Shown here one piece after another: positions 24,633-36,260 of a DNA stretch of 64,000 nt (the first letter of the stretch is position 1; every line of letters starts with the position of its first letter). Origin of the DNA: Octopus sinensis (taxonomy: Eukaryota); assembly GCF_006345805.1 (NCBI RefSeq), contig NC_043000.1, forward strand, positions 133,982,001 to 134,046,000, read 5' to 3'. The notes under the pieces are model-generated. The model did not search any database. It saw only the letters and a list, made by a program, of their open reading frames with translations, and was not told where the DNA came from. The position numbers and the translations under genes were made by a program.

Positions 24633-25084
24633 GGCTAGCAAGGTCCAAAATTTTAGGGGAGGGGGTCCAGTCGATTAGATCAATACCGGTATGCGACTGG
24701 TACTTAATTTATTGATGCCGAAAAATGAAAGGCAAAGTCGACCTCGGCTTCTACCAACTCACTGTTTTCAATATTAAAAGAAAAAGACAATATCAAATAT
24801 CCTACAATATTAAGAGAACCCATTAAAGAATGCACTGTCTGAACAAAGATGGAATTGTTACAACTAGAACGTCTTTGAGCCTAGTTCTACTTGATCAAGA
24901 CTGACCAGGATTAAAATAACAACAACAATATCCAGCAACAGAATCATAGTAAAATAGGTGTTACAATAAGATTTCTCCACCTGTCATAGTAGGACTTAGT
25001 AGAAAGTGTAATAAAGCTTAGTTATTAAGTAGAAAACATCAACCATTTTCTCGACCACGGTCAAACAATGATGATGATATATTC

Positions 25085-25290
25085 TTGTATTTATTTCAGT
25101 CATTAGACTGCGACCATGCCAGTGCATCACCGTCAAGAATGTTTTAGTCGAATGAAGCAATCCCAGTACTTATTCTTTTTAAACTTGGTACTTATTCTAT
25201 CAGTCTCTTTTGCTGAACTGCTAAGTTACAAGCTCATTGATGCACAAACCAGTTGCCAAGAGGTGATGGGAGAACAAACACAGGTACAAA
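25085..25290 (-). mobile_element. Partial degenerate SINE type A
   Basis: TTTCAGTCATTAGACTGCGACCATG..GTACTTATTCTATCAGTCTCTTTTGCTGAAC. Confidence 0.75.
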
Positions 25291-25984
25291 CACAGGTGAA
25301 GGAGGATACACATATATTACTTGTGCCCATTTGTATATCTACAAGATATAATTTACTTAGCACAACAAACCCTGTTGTGCTAATGTGGTTTGATTCTGTC
25401 AGTGAGTCTGCATTTCTTTTTTGCCTCAAAGCAGCGGCGGTGGCAGTGGCGGTGGTGGTGGTGGTGGTGGCATCTGTTAGCCATGGATCAGCCTTTGCTT
25501 AACAACAATATGGTCCCTCATAATTCAAAGGCCAGTGAAGAACAGACTTGACCATAGTTGTTGAAATAGTGATAAAAGAATCGCTAAGAAAACATACAAG
25601 ATTGTATGCTGGCTGACACAGCAAACTAGAATTGTTTAGAAATAAACAACTTTTGGCGGCCAGCAATCTGAAAGACAATTGTTAAGTTGGTGTTAACATA
25701 ATATATCTAACATCAAAACATTAAATAAACATAATTAGGTGGTGAGGAAAAATAACATCAGTTAATGATTAAACAGAGGTCAGTCAGAATTTCCAATCAC
25801 AAGCGTTCTGTTGGTCAGTGAGCCAAACTACCAGACTCATTGAATCAATATCTATATGACTGAGTATTCCACAGATACATGTAGTCTTAATGTAATTCCC
25901 AGACAGAATCAGTGTAATGCAATGTAACAAGGCTGGGCTATTGAATTACTAGTATAATCCATCCAATGGGCTACTACACAGTTT

Positions 25985-26400
25985 CCTATTTCTTTATTGC
26001 CCACAAGGGGCTAAACATAGAGGGGACAAACAAGGACAGACAAAGGGATTAAGTCGATTACATCGACCCCAGTGCGTAACTGGTACTTAATTTATCGACC
26101 CTGAAAGGATGAAAGGTAAAGTTGATCTCGGTAGAATTTGAACTCAGAACATAATGGCAGACGAAATACCTATTTCTTTACTACCCACAAGGGGCTAAAC
26201 ATAGAGGGGACAAACAAGGACAGACAAACGGATTAAGTCGATTACATCGACCCCAGTGCGTAACTGGTACTTAATTTATCGACCCCGAAAGGATGAAAGG
26301 CAAAGTCGAACTCAGTGGAACTTGAACTCAACAAAATGGCAGACGAAATACCACTAAGCATTTCGTCTGGAGTGCTAACGATTCTACCAGCTCATCGCCT
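25985..26400 (-). mobile_element. Head-to-tail SINE B dimer (full copy plus 184-bp head-truncated copy)
   Basis: CCTATTTCTTTA..CCCACAAGGGGCTAAACATAGAGGGGACAAACAAGGACAG occurs at 25985 and 26169. Confidence 0.9.
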
Positions 26401-26944
26401 TCTACACAGTCTCTGTCTTCCCAGTTTCACTCACAAATTATGAGTTGACTCAAGGCTACAGAACATGATACTTGCCCAATTTACCTGGCAGCAGAATTGA
26501 AACTGGGACTTCATGAATGCAAAGTGAACTTTTTAACCATACTGTATGGATTAAGTCATTTGTTTCCTATGGACAAATTTTCTCCAGTGTTCTCAATATT
26601 GGGCTGTTATTTCTATTTTCCCTGAGGTAAAGCTTTCCTCTCACAGGTCTTGTTGGTTTTGAATTGTCTTTGATGCTTCTGTAACTTTAGTTTTTTTCTA
26701 GATAGATGTATTGGCCCTATTCAAATCCATTTTTACCTCTGAGAAGACATGGTCCATATTGGTCTGGCCACTCACCTTTGACCACTCCAGCATGGGAGGA
26801 CCTACCAGGAGCCTGTATTCCATTGGCATTGCTCTCAGGGTCATTGAGACACACCAACCATCACACTACAACAAAGATTGGGCCTTATGGTGGCTAACCA
26901 TATTGTGCCAACATTTAATGATCAATATTACATTTCCAGCAAAG

Positions 26945-27155
26945 AAATGGTTTGGCAGAATCATTAGCACACAGGGCAAAATGCTTAGCACCATTTCATC
27001 CATCTTCACATACTGAGTTCAAATTCCACTGAGGTCAAATCTGCCTTCCATTTTTCAGGGTTGATAAAATAAGTACCAGTTGACCACTGGAGTCAATGTA
27101 ATCAACCCTCCCCGACATCTCAACTTGCTGTCCTTGTACCAAAACTTGAAACCAA
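26945..27155 (+). mobile_element. SINE type B, degenerate
   Basis: GGCAGAATCATTAGCAC..AAATGCTTAGC..GAGTTCAAATTCC..GATAAAATAAGTACCAG. Confidence 0.75.
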
Positions 27156-27179
27156 TATTACACTTCCAACAACAATGTT

Positions 27180-27775
27180 GGCCACCTTTTCTAAATCCAA
27201 TATCTCTACTTCCCATGGACATGCTTATAAAATCAAGAAACAGCACTAAGCTTATGATGTTGGAAGCATTTTTTTAAAGCTCATAATAGTCAAAGCATGG
27301 CATAGACCATCCACACTATTTGTTAGCTGTCAGGACATTACATCCATCAAAAGTCCTGTATTTCCTGCAATTCACAAACACTATTCTATTTCCTCTTTAT
27401 AACACTTTTACTCTTCCCTTTTCTGCCTTCTTGTGCTTTATCCTGTATACTGTACATATAGGGAGAATTCGTGAAAAAAACACAAGACGAAGACAGGTGG
27501 TGTAGAAAACAAACAGATGTATTAGTATAACGCTCGGGAATTGAAAAAGTCTTTTATGTTTCGAGCCTACACTCTTCCACAGAAAGGAACACAGAAAGAA
27601 ACAAGGAGAGAGAAAAATGTGTGTAGTGGCTACCAATCTATCATGGCGACTGTACATATATTTTTGGTTATTGTTGCTGCCTTTCTTTACTTGACTTATT
27701 CTTGCTTTCATTTCCACCATTTACTTTTTCTGACAAGTTGTGCACCTAAGCACTGTATAAAATAAGCTCATTATT
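27180..27775 (+). mobile_element. CR1-type LINE 3' end interrupted by a Penelope-like terminal fragment (~27460-27650)
   Basis: CATGGACATGCTTATAAAATCAAGAAACAGCAC (HGHAYKIKKQH-like CR1 C-terminus); tail GACAAGTTGTGCACCTAAGCACTGTATA also seen at 12645-12685. Confidence 0.7.
27551..27586 (-). ncRNA. Degenerate minimal hammerhead-ribozyme-like motif of PLE type
   Basis: Minus strand CTTT-CTGTGGA-A-GAGT GTAG GCTC-GAAAC ATA-AAAG: 4-bp stem I, 4-bp stem II, GAAA; core A6 replaced by U, CpG-decay-like changes. Confidence 0.45.
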
Positions 27776-28531
27776 TAAAAAGATGTAGGAGACAACTGTG
27801 GGTATATTTCAGTATTATTATGATCTCATCAGCAAATCAGACACTTCATTGTATTCACTGTTTCTATGATAAACAAATATCGATTCAACCAACAAATAAT
27901 AATGTATTTGATGAAAATTATTTAAATCTACTTCTAAAATGGAAACAGATATATTCTCAGAACTATAATAAAAATGTTCACAAATGTATGCTATTTTGGT
28001 ATCATAGAATGTTTTTTCTGTTTGCAGCCTATTTTAGTATTGTTGCTCTTAATGTCAATAGATTCTGACAAAATTTGGTAGAGCACCAAATTTTATTCTT
28101 TATGGTATTTTAGAGTCTAGTTAGCTTAAAGTCTGACTCAATTATTAAAGGTTGAGAGGAAATAACAGCAAAAACAAGCTAGAAAACTATCTGTTTTAAT
28201 TCTAGAGAGGAAGAGAAAGTTGGTTGAAATGAGACATTAGAGATGAATGCATTGTGATAGATGTCTGACTGTACTCGTACATTTTCTTTCACTTATTTCA
28301 GTCACTGGACTATGGCCATGCTGGAGCGGCTTCTTCAAGAGATTTTAGTCTCTTATATCAATGTCAGTGCTTCATCTGGTATTAAGTTCATTGTTTACAT
28401 AAGATATGAAATCCAAAGTTAAATTTGGCATAAAGATAATTAAGTCAGACTTAAATACTACAGGACATTTCTGAACAAATGTACCAGTTTTCATCTAGCT
28501 TTGATATCTATCTATCTATCTACATACACAC

Positions 28532-28574
<43 letters not shown>

Positions 28575-28592
28575 TAAATATATTTATACACA

Positions 28593-29129
28593 TCTATTAT
28601 ATAAAATCTGTTCTGTCTGTCTGTGTGTGTCTTCTAGGATCTTGGGCATCCTCCATCTGATTGCGCTCAAATTTTATATGTAGATACCGACAGTATCAGG
28701 GCGTGTAAAAGTTTGGAAAAAATTACAAAAATCGATTCCAGGTGAGAATGCGATTGATAAAGCCGTGGGAACGTGCATTTGTACGTGCAAGTACATCAGC
28801 TGTTGCAATTGATACTACGTGTATGCGAGAAAAATGCATGTGCACAAAAAAGCCGGCTGGCTTGAAATATTGCCACAAAGTGCAGTATATTTAAGAGACC
28901 AAAAAAGTAAAATGCAAAAGAGATACTTTCTTCAAAGTTGGCATGAAGGAAAGAAAGACAATTTGGTTTCTCAAGAAGTTTTTTTGCCTTAACTTCGTTT
29001 AACAAAACCAAAAATGATATTGAAATAAAAGTAAGCTTAATTAGTTTTTAATGAAAAGAAAACACTGATTGCTTTTTATTCAGCAGATATGATTCAGCAC
29101 CATCCATTGGACAGGGGGCGTTTTGCTTG
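28593..29129 (+). mobile_element. Non-autonomous Helitron-like element
   Basis: 5' TCTATTATATAAAATCTG followed by (TCTG)n; GC-rich 3' end GGACAGGGGGCGTTTTGCTTG ending in a CTAG variant. Confidence 0.65.
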
Positions 29130-29149
29130 TATATATATATATACATAGA

Positions 29150-29485
29150 TACTGGTACCTCTGGTAGTGTAAAACACTAGTTGTGGTGCCATGTAAGAGC
29201 ATCTGTGCGTTTCTATGTAAGAGCACTCATACTGGGCCATGTAAAAGCACTCATACGGTACCATGTGAAAGCGCCTGTATGGGGCTACATAAGAGCACCT
29301 GTGTAGAGCCATGTAAATGCACCCAGCACACTATGTTAAGTGGTTGGCATTAGGAAGGGCATCCAGCTGTAGAAACCCACACCAAATTAGACAGGAGTCT
29401 GGTACAGCTCTCTAGCTTTCCAGCTCTGGTCAAACCATCCAACCCATGTTGCATAAACAATGGATGTTAAATGATGATGATGATA
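29150..29485 (+). mobile_element. Old RTE 3' end with ~24-bp tandem units
   Basis: Repeated GCCATGTAARAGCAC units, then GTGGTTGGCATTAGGAAGGGCATCCAGCTGTAGAAAC and a GAT tail. Confidence 0.85.
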
Positions 29486-29616
29486 TTTATTTATATTTAG
29501 CTTAGGCTCTGCAGGACTAATAACCCAGTGTAGAACTTAATATACATATGTTTCAGAAAGTAGTGTTACCTGAGAATAGAGCAGTAATAAGAAAGAAAGA
29601 TGACAATTTATATATA

Positions 29617-30089
29617 CAGGGACATGACAGAAGTAAATAGACACCCCATAAAACATTGCTCTATGTTAAACTTTTTCAAGTTTATATATTTTGTTAATGG
29701 ACATTTTTATATTTCAGGTTCTTTATGTGACTGTTTAATCATGCCACATACAAAAGATGCCTTGGAACTGTCCAAATTTCAAAGACGCTGTATTGTGGGT
29801 CAATCTGAAGATGTATCTAGTCAGTGTAAAATCAAGGAAACCTTGGGATCCCACTTTCTACAGTTAAAAGGGTGACTGTGTAATTCACCAGAGAGGAAAA
29901 GGAGTCCACATTAACTTGCCCAGGTCGACCAAGCCCCTAACAGGACCCTTTGCTTTGTTAAGTACAGTGTGGAGGATAATCCTCATTACAAGGTCTCTGA
30001 CATAGCAGAACAAGTTGATATCAGTCCCAGAACAGTTGTTAGGTATCTCCACAAACTTGGCTACTATGGCAGAGCAGTAAGAAGGAAGC
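29617..30089 (+). mobile_element. Tc1-like transposon left end with frameshifted transposase N-terminus
   Basis: TA-CAGGG terminus; ATG at 29741 MPHTKDALELSKFQRRCIVG..(frameshift)IPLSTVKRV..GRP..VEDNPHYKVSDIAEQVDISPRTVVRYLHKLGYYGRAVRRK (paired HTH, GRP motif). Confidence 0.85.
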
Positions 30090-31062
30090 TAAATAAGGGA
30101 TAATTAATTTTGATTTTTATGACTGAACTAATATATCGAAAGTTGCAACAAATGGTAATATAATATGTCAATAAAAAACATTTATTAATACATTTTCTTA
30201 ACTAAATATTGTAATGAGAGGTGGATTTTAACATGCTAGGTCACGATCATCATTGTCTCCTTTCCAGCTATTCTCACCAACACCTATGAAATGCAAAGTA
30301 GCAGTGTATCTCTTCTATAGTTGTCCACCTATCATGTTTCAGCCTCTCAACCAGCACCTGGCCTCACTACAATCTCACTCAGTTGGGGGGGGGGGTTCTC
30401 TCTTCCTTTGTCTTGTAAGTTACTTGGTGACTTCACTATTGTTGGTGCCACAGAATAAGCGCCCAGTACATTCTGTAAAGTGGTTGGCATTAGGAAGGGC
30501 ATCCAACTTGAGGAACCATGCCAAAACTGGGGTCAATGCAATTCTCTGGTTTGTTGGATCCAGTCAAATCATCAAGTCATCCAGCATGGGAGACATGATG
30601 ATGGTGACATACAGCATACAACAAAACATGAGAGATTGTTTATAAGACATTTAGTTACACCATTTAAACATACATTTTATTAACATGAGATGGTTATTAG
30701 TTGCATTATGTTAATTACATAATTAAGATTTAGTGCAAAATCATAACAGATGTGTAACATTTATATGTAACAATATTAGACTGTAGAAATGCTGACAGAA
30801 ACAACCATTGCTTGCTATCTCCATGATTGTTGATTCTGCTAACTTTTCTACGAATCAACAATGTTATGTATACAAGTTACATGTTTCTGATGATTTGATA
30901 ACAAGTCTTGGTTATGTAATTTATATTATGTAACTAGAAATCACCTTGTGTTAATGAAATATAGGTAGGATGATGTAACTAAATATCTTATAAACAATCT
31001 TTCATGTTTTATTTTATTTTCTACATATACTCTGTGAAAAATTGGATTCATTATCTATATAT

Positions 31063-31497
31063 ATAGGTGCAGAAGTGGCTGTGTGATAAGTAGCTTGCTT
31101 ACCAAGCACATGGTTCTGAATTTGGCCCCACTGCATAATACCTTGGGCAAGTGTCTTCAGCTATAGCCTCAGGCTGACCAAAGCCTTGTGAGTGGATTTG
31201 GTAGATGGAAACTGAAAGAAGCTCTATGTATTTGTGTGCATGTGTATGTATGTGTGCATGTGTGTGTATGTGTGCACATGTATGTGCATGTGTTTGTGTG
31301 CCTGTGTTTGTCCCCCCCACCATCGCTTGTATGCTTACATCCCAGTAACTTAGCAGTTCAGCAAAAGGAAATGAGAGAATAAGTACTAGGCTTAGAAAGT
31401 TACAAAGAATAAGTCCTGGGGACAATTCGTTCGACTAAAGGTGGTGCTCCAGCATGGCTACAGTCAAATGACTGAAACAAGTAAAAGAATAAAAGAA
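31063..31497 (+). mobile_element. Full-length SINE type A, plus orientation
   Basis: ATAGGTGCAGAAGTGGCTGTGTGATAAGTAGCTTGCTTACC..GGTGGTGCTCCAGCATGGCTACAGTCAAATGACTGAAACAAGTAAAAG. Confidence 0.9.
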
Positions 31498-31784
31498 TAT
31501 ATAAAACTGAGAATGTGTCTGTCTGTCTGTATGTGTGCATCACTAAAACTCAAGAACTACCCAACTGATTTCATTCAAATTTTACACATGTCTTACTTTT
31601 CGACTTCTTGCCTAATGTGAGCCTGGAGTAATCTCTTATATCTTATTTCAGTATTACATGTCAAAAGTGAAACCATAACATCTGTATTGTAATGTGAGAT
31701 ACTTTCAGTTTAATAGCGTCACTATTAATACTGAAACTATTAAAGTGAAACTATTATCTCATATATATCTCACATACATTGGCC

Positions 31785-32055
31785 GTTCGCCAGCCTCGTC
31801 TGGCACCTGTGTCGGTGGCACATAAAAAACACCATCCGAGCGTGGCCGTCTGCCAGCCTCGTCTGGCACCTGTGTTGGTGGCACATAAAATCACCCACTA
31901 CACTCTCGGAGTGGTTGGCATTAGGAAGGGCATCCAGCTGTAGAAACACTGCCAGATCTGACTGGCCTGGTGCAGCCTTCGGGCTTGCCAGACCCCAGTT
32001 GAACCGTCCAACCCATGCTAGCATGGAAAGCGGACGTTAAACGATGATGATGATA
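31785..32055 (+). mobile_element. Young RTE 3' end
   Basis: CpG-rich GCCAGCCTCGTCTGGCACC repeats, standard 3' end and (GAT)n tail. Confidence 0.9.
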
Positions 32056-32238
32056 TATGCATACATATATATGTTGATAGATAGATTAACTTACATGGAA
32101 ATGGATGCATGGTGTTCATTCATATATATATATGCACATATACATACATATATGTACATATTTACATGAAAAACCACAGGAAAATTATTTACCATTTTTA
32201 TTGCATATATATGTATATATATATATATGCATATATGT

Positions 32239-32563
32239 GTACAGGACGTCACAAAGTGTAAACAATATGAAATACAAAAACAACATAAAATACGAAGACA
32301 AATTTGGGTATGCAAACCAACAAGAGAAACAAATGTAAAACAAGACAAGTAGCATGAAGAGCGACCCTTCATCAGTTGTCAACTGTTCATCTACTTCCCA
32401 TTTCATTAATTGCTTGAAATGGGGAGTAGATGGACAGCCGACAACTGATGAAGGGTCATTCTTTATGTTACTTGTCTTGTTTTCCATTTGTTTCTCTTGT
32501 TGGTTTGCATACCCAAATTTGTCTTCGTATTTCATGTTGTTTACATTTTGTGACGTCCTGTAC
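32239..32563. repeat. 325-bp foldback (long inverted repeat with 9-nt loop) flanked by TA/TATG microsatellite
   Basis: GTACAGGACGTCACAAA..CATTTCA [TTAATTGCT] TGAAATG..TTTGTGACGTCCTGTAC. Confidence 0.92.
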
Positions 32564-32618
32564 CCATGTATGCACATATACATACATATATATGTAAGTA
32601 TGTACATATATGTATATA

Positions 32619-32677
<59 letters not shown>

Positions 32678-32679
<2 letters not shown>

Positions 32680-32941
32680 CTCTTTACTCTTTTACTTGTT
32701 TCAGTCATTTGACTGCGGCCATGCTAGAGCACAACCTTTAGTCGAGCAAATCGACCCCGGGACTTATTCATTGTAAGCCCAGTACTTATTCTATCGGTCT
32801 CTTTTTGCCGAACCGCTAAGTGACAGGGACGTAAACACACCAGCATCGGTTGTCAAGCAATGCTAGGGGGACAAACACAGACACACAAACACACACATAT
32901 AAATATATACATATATACGACAGGCTTCTTTCTGTTTCCGT
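32678..32941 (-). mobile_element. SINE type A lacking its head
   Basis: Tail and body nearly identical to 14485-14897. Confidence 0.9.
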
Positions 32942-32995
32942 CATACATATATATATATATATATATAGATATATATACATATATATATATATATC

Positions 32996-33050
<55 letters not shown>

Positions 33051-33379
33051 CATAGACATGCAGAAAGTAAATAGACACCTTTAATTTTCAAAATTTCTGA
33101 TCTAAGTGTCTTAGTGTTTTCAGCAGTGTAGAATTTACAATATAATTATTCTTCTTCTCAAGCATATCATATTGCCTGATGCATCAGGAGTACTCTTAAC
33201 AGAGCTGGACATACGTGGCTGCGATCTCACTTTAGTTGCCAGGTCTTCTCAATCACATTGTGTCTCCTGTCATTGCCTCTGTGAAGCCCATTGTTCAAAG
33301 GTCATGCTTCCCCACCTCATCCCATGTCATCCTGGGTCTACCTCTTTCACAGGTCCCTTCAACAGTTAGGGAGTGACAT

Positions 33380-33630
33380 ATGTATATGTGTGTTTGTGTG
33401 TGTGTGTGTCTGTCTGTCTGTGTGTGTCTGTCTGTCTGTGTTTGTACTCCCACCATCGCTTGATAACCTATGTTTCTGTGTTCACATCCCAGTAACTTAG
33501 CTATTCAACAATACATACTGATAGAATAAGTTCTAGGCTTACAAAGAATAAATCCTGGGGTCAATTTCCTCAACCAAAAGCGGTGCTCCAGCATGGCCAC
33601 AGTCACATGACTGAAACAAGTAACACAATA
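33380..33630 (+). mobile_element. SINE type A 3' half
   Basis: CCATCGCTTGATAACC..GCGGTGCTCCAGCATGGCCACAGTCACATGACTGAAACAAG. Confidence 0.8.
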
Positions 33631-34256
33631 AAAAATTATGTCATTTTAACCCTGAGCAATGCCAGGTATCTCTGCTAGTAAATTGTACAAATACAATAAC
33701 ACAAACAGGAATACATATAAACTTCTAAATACTAGTATTTTAGTTGTGCAGCTTAATGTTTAAATTACACTAGACCTGTTGTATGTGTGATCATCATTAT
33801 CATCATCAGTTAATGTCCATTTTGGCATGAGTTGGATTGGTTGGCAGGACCTGGGAAGCCAGAAAGCTGCACCAGGCTCCAGTTGTCTGTTTTGGCATCA
33901 TTTCTACAGCTGGATACCCTTCCTAACACCAACCACTAAGTCAATACAAATAGCCAATAAAACTGCATAAGTCCATTTGTTCATGTGTGAAATAATAGTC
34001 AGTTTTCAACTCAGTTTAAATCTGTTGCATTAAAACTCTTGCTGAATAAAAATTATTTTAAAACTAATTTACTATATCCTTTTGAAAACCAACTTTTCTC
34101 TTAAGCAGGAATTAGTCTCTAAAAGAGGCTAATTATATCATCACTTTTATAGTATCTATTGCTATTTTATATTTTCTCATCTGATCAGCTGTATTAAAGA
34201 GGAAAAGCTTGTAAAATGTCAAAATAAAATTTACATCATTTTTATCTACTTCTATA

Positions 34257-34827
34257 TATTGGGTTGTCCGGAAAGTTTGAGCTGATTTTTAAAGGAAAGA
34301 AAAAGGTCAATAAATACTTGCCATTACATTTTTAATCAACCAAATATGAACCATTTTGTTGCACAATGCGTCTCCATCTTTCCTTTAACTTGAAAATACC
34401 CTCTTCCCAGAATTGAGGTCGGTTTCGTGGCAAAGATTTCATCAAGGTATCTTTTTACGTAATCCAAGGAATTGAAATTTTTACCATTAAGACTATTCCG
34501 CAGAGACCTGAATAAGTGGAAATCCAAAGGAGCAATATCTGGTGAATATGGAGGGTGGGGTAACACATCTCAGCCGAGCTGCAGCAATTTTTGTCTGGTT
34601 CCCAAAGCATCAAGTGCTGAAAATGAACTTTCTTATCTTCCATTTTAAAGGGTTACAGAATTAACACAGGTTATAGGAACACAAACCTTCTTCCACGAAA
34701 AGACAGCTTAAACTGTGCTCTAAATGGGGATGTAGTCAAATTCTATTTTATGGACTCAAACATGTTCTAAAATAAGTTGTAAGGTAAGCTACTATAAATC
34801 AGCACAAACTTTCCAGTCAACCTAATA
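34257..34827 (-). mobile_element. Internally deleted mariner fossil
   Basis: TIRs TATTGGGTTGTCCGGAAAGTTTGAGCTGATTT / AAATCAGCACAAACTTTCCAGTCAACCTAATA; C-terminal transposase piece HPPYSPDIAPLDFHLFRSL (34336-34566). Confidence 0.92.
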
Positions 34828-35969
34828 CAAATGCAGTAGCTAAAACTAATGACTTTATAATTTATCAGACCATTAGCCTCACCTTTAGGCTGTATATTTG
34901 CAACAGTTTACATTAAAATCATTTTATTATCTGTTTGATCTTTGATCCTCATCAAGTATTTTATTCCTGATCATGTACATGTTACCAGGCTGGATTCAAA
35001 CTAAGAACTCTTATTTCTCAACCATCAGTTCATCTACCAGGCTATTCATTCTTAATGATGGTGATCAGAGATGATATTGATTGAAACATAGTGTAGATGT
35101 AAAATATTATGAGTATATACTAAAAATGAGGATAACAGTGCAGAAAATAATCATTTTATTAGCAATATCTCATCTCAGATATTTAGCTATTTGTTTATAG
35201 TCAAAGATAAAGAGTTTTGCTAGGAGACTCATGGTACTGGTTTTGCAAATATTTCTTTGTTTATGCAAAGGAGATTCCACCAGGTCTCATTTTTATTAGC
35301 AAGTGGTTATATGTATCCGGACAATTATGATATATTGGCCAATGTTATACTAATCTATTTGTAGATTTGACTCTAGAGAAGGAAGAAACAAGTGAATGTG
35401 TTACAGTAATTCATTTATCTCTTCTTTGATTGCTCTATGTACACATAGAACTAAAGCATACTTTTCTATTAAAGTAAGACAAAACTCCACATCATTCTAT
35501 TGTACATAGTTCAATAATGAAATTATAATTGATCCAATATTGATTTTTCACATTGTCATAAACTTACAAATGTGTAAAGGATGATTACATAACCAATTAG
35601 ATCAACTCCAGTAATTACCATCTTTTTATAGTATTGACAAATGAATGGTAAAAGATTAAATCGACTTTGGTAAAATTAGAAATTAGAATGTAGAAAGATG
35701 TACTAAGGAATATATTGTGTGCTCTAACATGTCTCCTACTCTACAACTTCCCAAAATAAACTCATACTGAGTTCATTTTGTAAAGTTGTGGAGTGGCTGT
35801 GTGGTAAGTAGCTTGCTTATCAACCACATGGTTCCGGGTTCAGTCCCACTGCGTGACACCTTGGGCAAGTGTCTTCTACTATAGCCTCGGGCCGACCAAA
35901 GCCTTGTGAGTGAATTTGGTAGACAGAAAATGAAAGAAGCCTGTCGTATATATGTATGTATATATATAT

Positions 35970-36189
35970 CATCATCATCATCATCATCATTTAGCGTCCG
36001 TTCTCCATGCTAGCATGGGTTGGACGGTTCAACTGGGGTCTGCGAAGCTGGAAGGCTTCATCAGGCCCAGTCAGATCTGGCAGTGTTTCTACGGCTGGAT
36101 GCCCTTCCTAACGCCAACCACTCCGTGAGTGTAGTGGGTGCTTTTTACGTGCCACCTGCACAGGTGCCAGACAGGTGCCAGACAGAGCT

Positions 36190-36192
<3 letters not shown>
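35970..36192 (-). mobile_element. RTE 3' end, 5'-truncated
   Basis: (CAT)n tail and standard terminal sequence. Confidence 0.9.
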
Positions 36193-36254
<62 letters not shown>

Positions 36255-36260
36255 GTATAT

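Larger units (their letters stand above)
31497..33678 (+). mobile_element. Possible Helitron-like element (5' end ~31497, 3' end 33648-33678) carrying nested insertions
   Basis: 5' ATATAAAACTGAGAATGTGTCTGTCTG and 3' CCCTGAGCAATGCCAGGTATCTCTGCTAG resemble the two ends of 57327-57705; linking the two ends is inference. Confidence 0.4.

Noticed and set aside
25432-25482. (GGT/GGC)n stretch encoding poly-Gly or poly-Pro
   Set aside because: Short trinucleotide microsatellite closed by stops in the Gly and Pro frames, with no convincing splice context
26700-26880. Acceptor-like TTTTTTTCTAG followed by a 100-codon ORF (26711-27016)
   Set aside because: The frame runs through a TE-like segment (GGACCTACCAGGAGC..GCTCTCAGGGTCATTGAGACAC) and a SINE B, so it is most likely chance
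32445-32470. CTGATGA in the foldback arms as a hammerhead
   Set aside because: No stem II followed by GAAA downstream, so the core is incomplete
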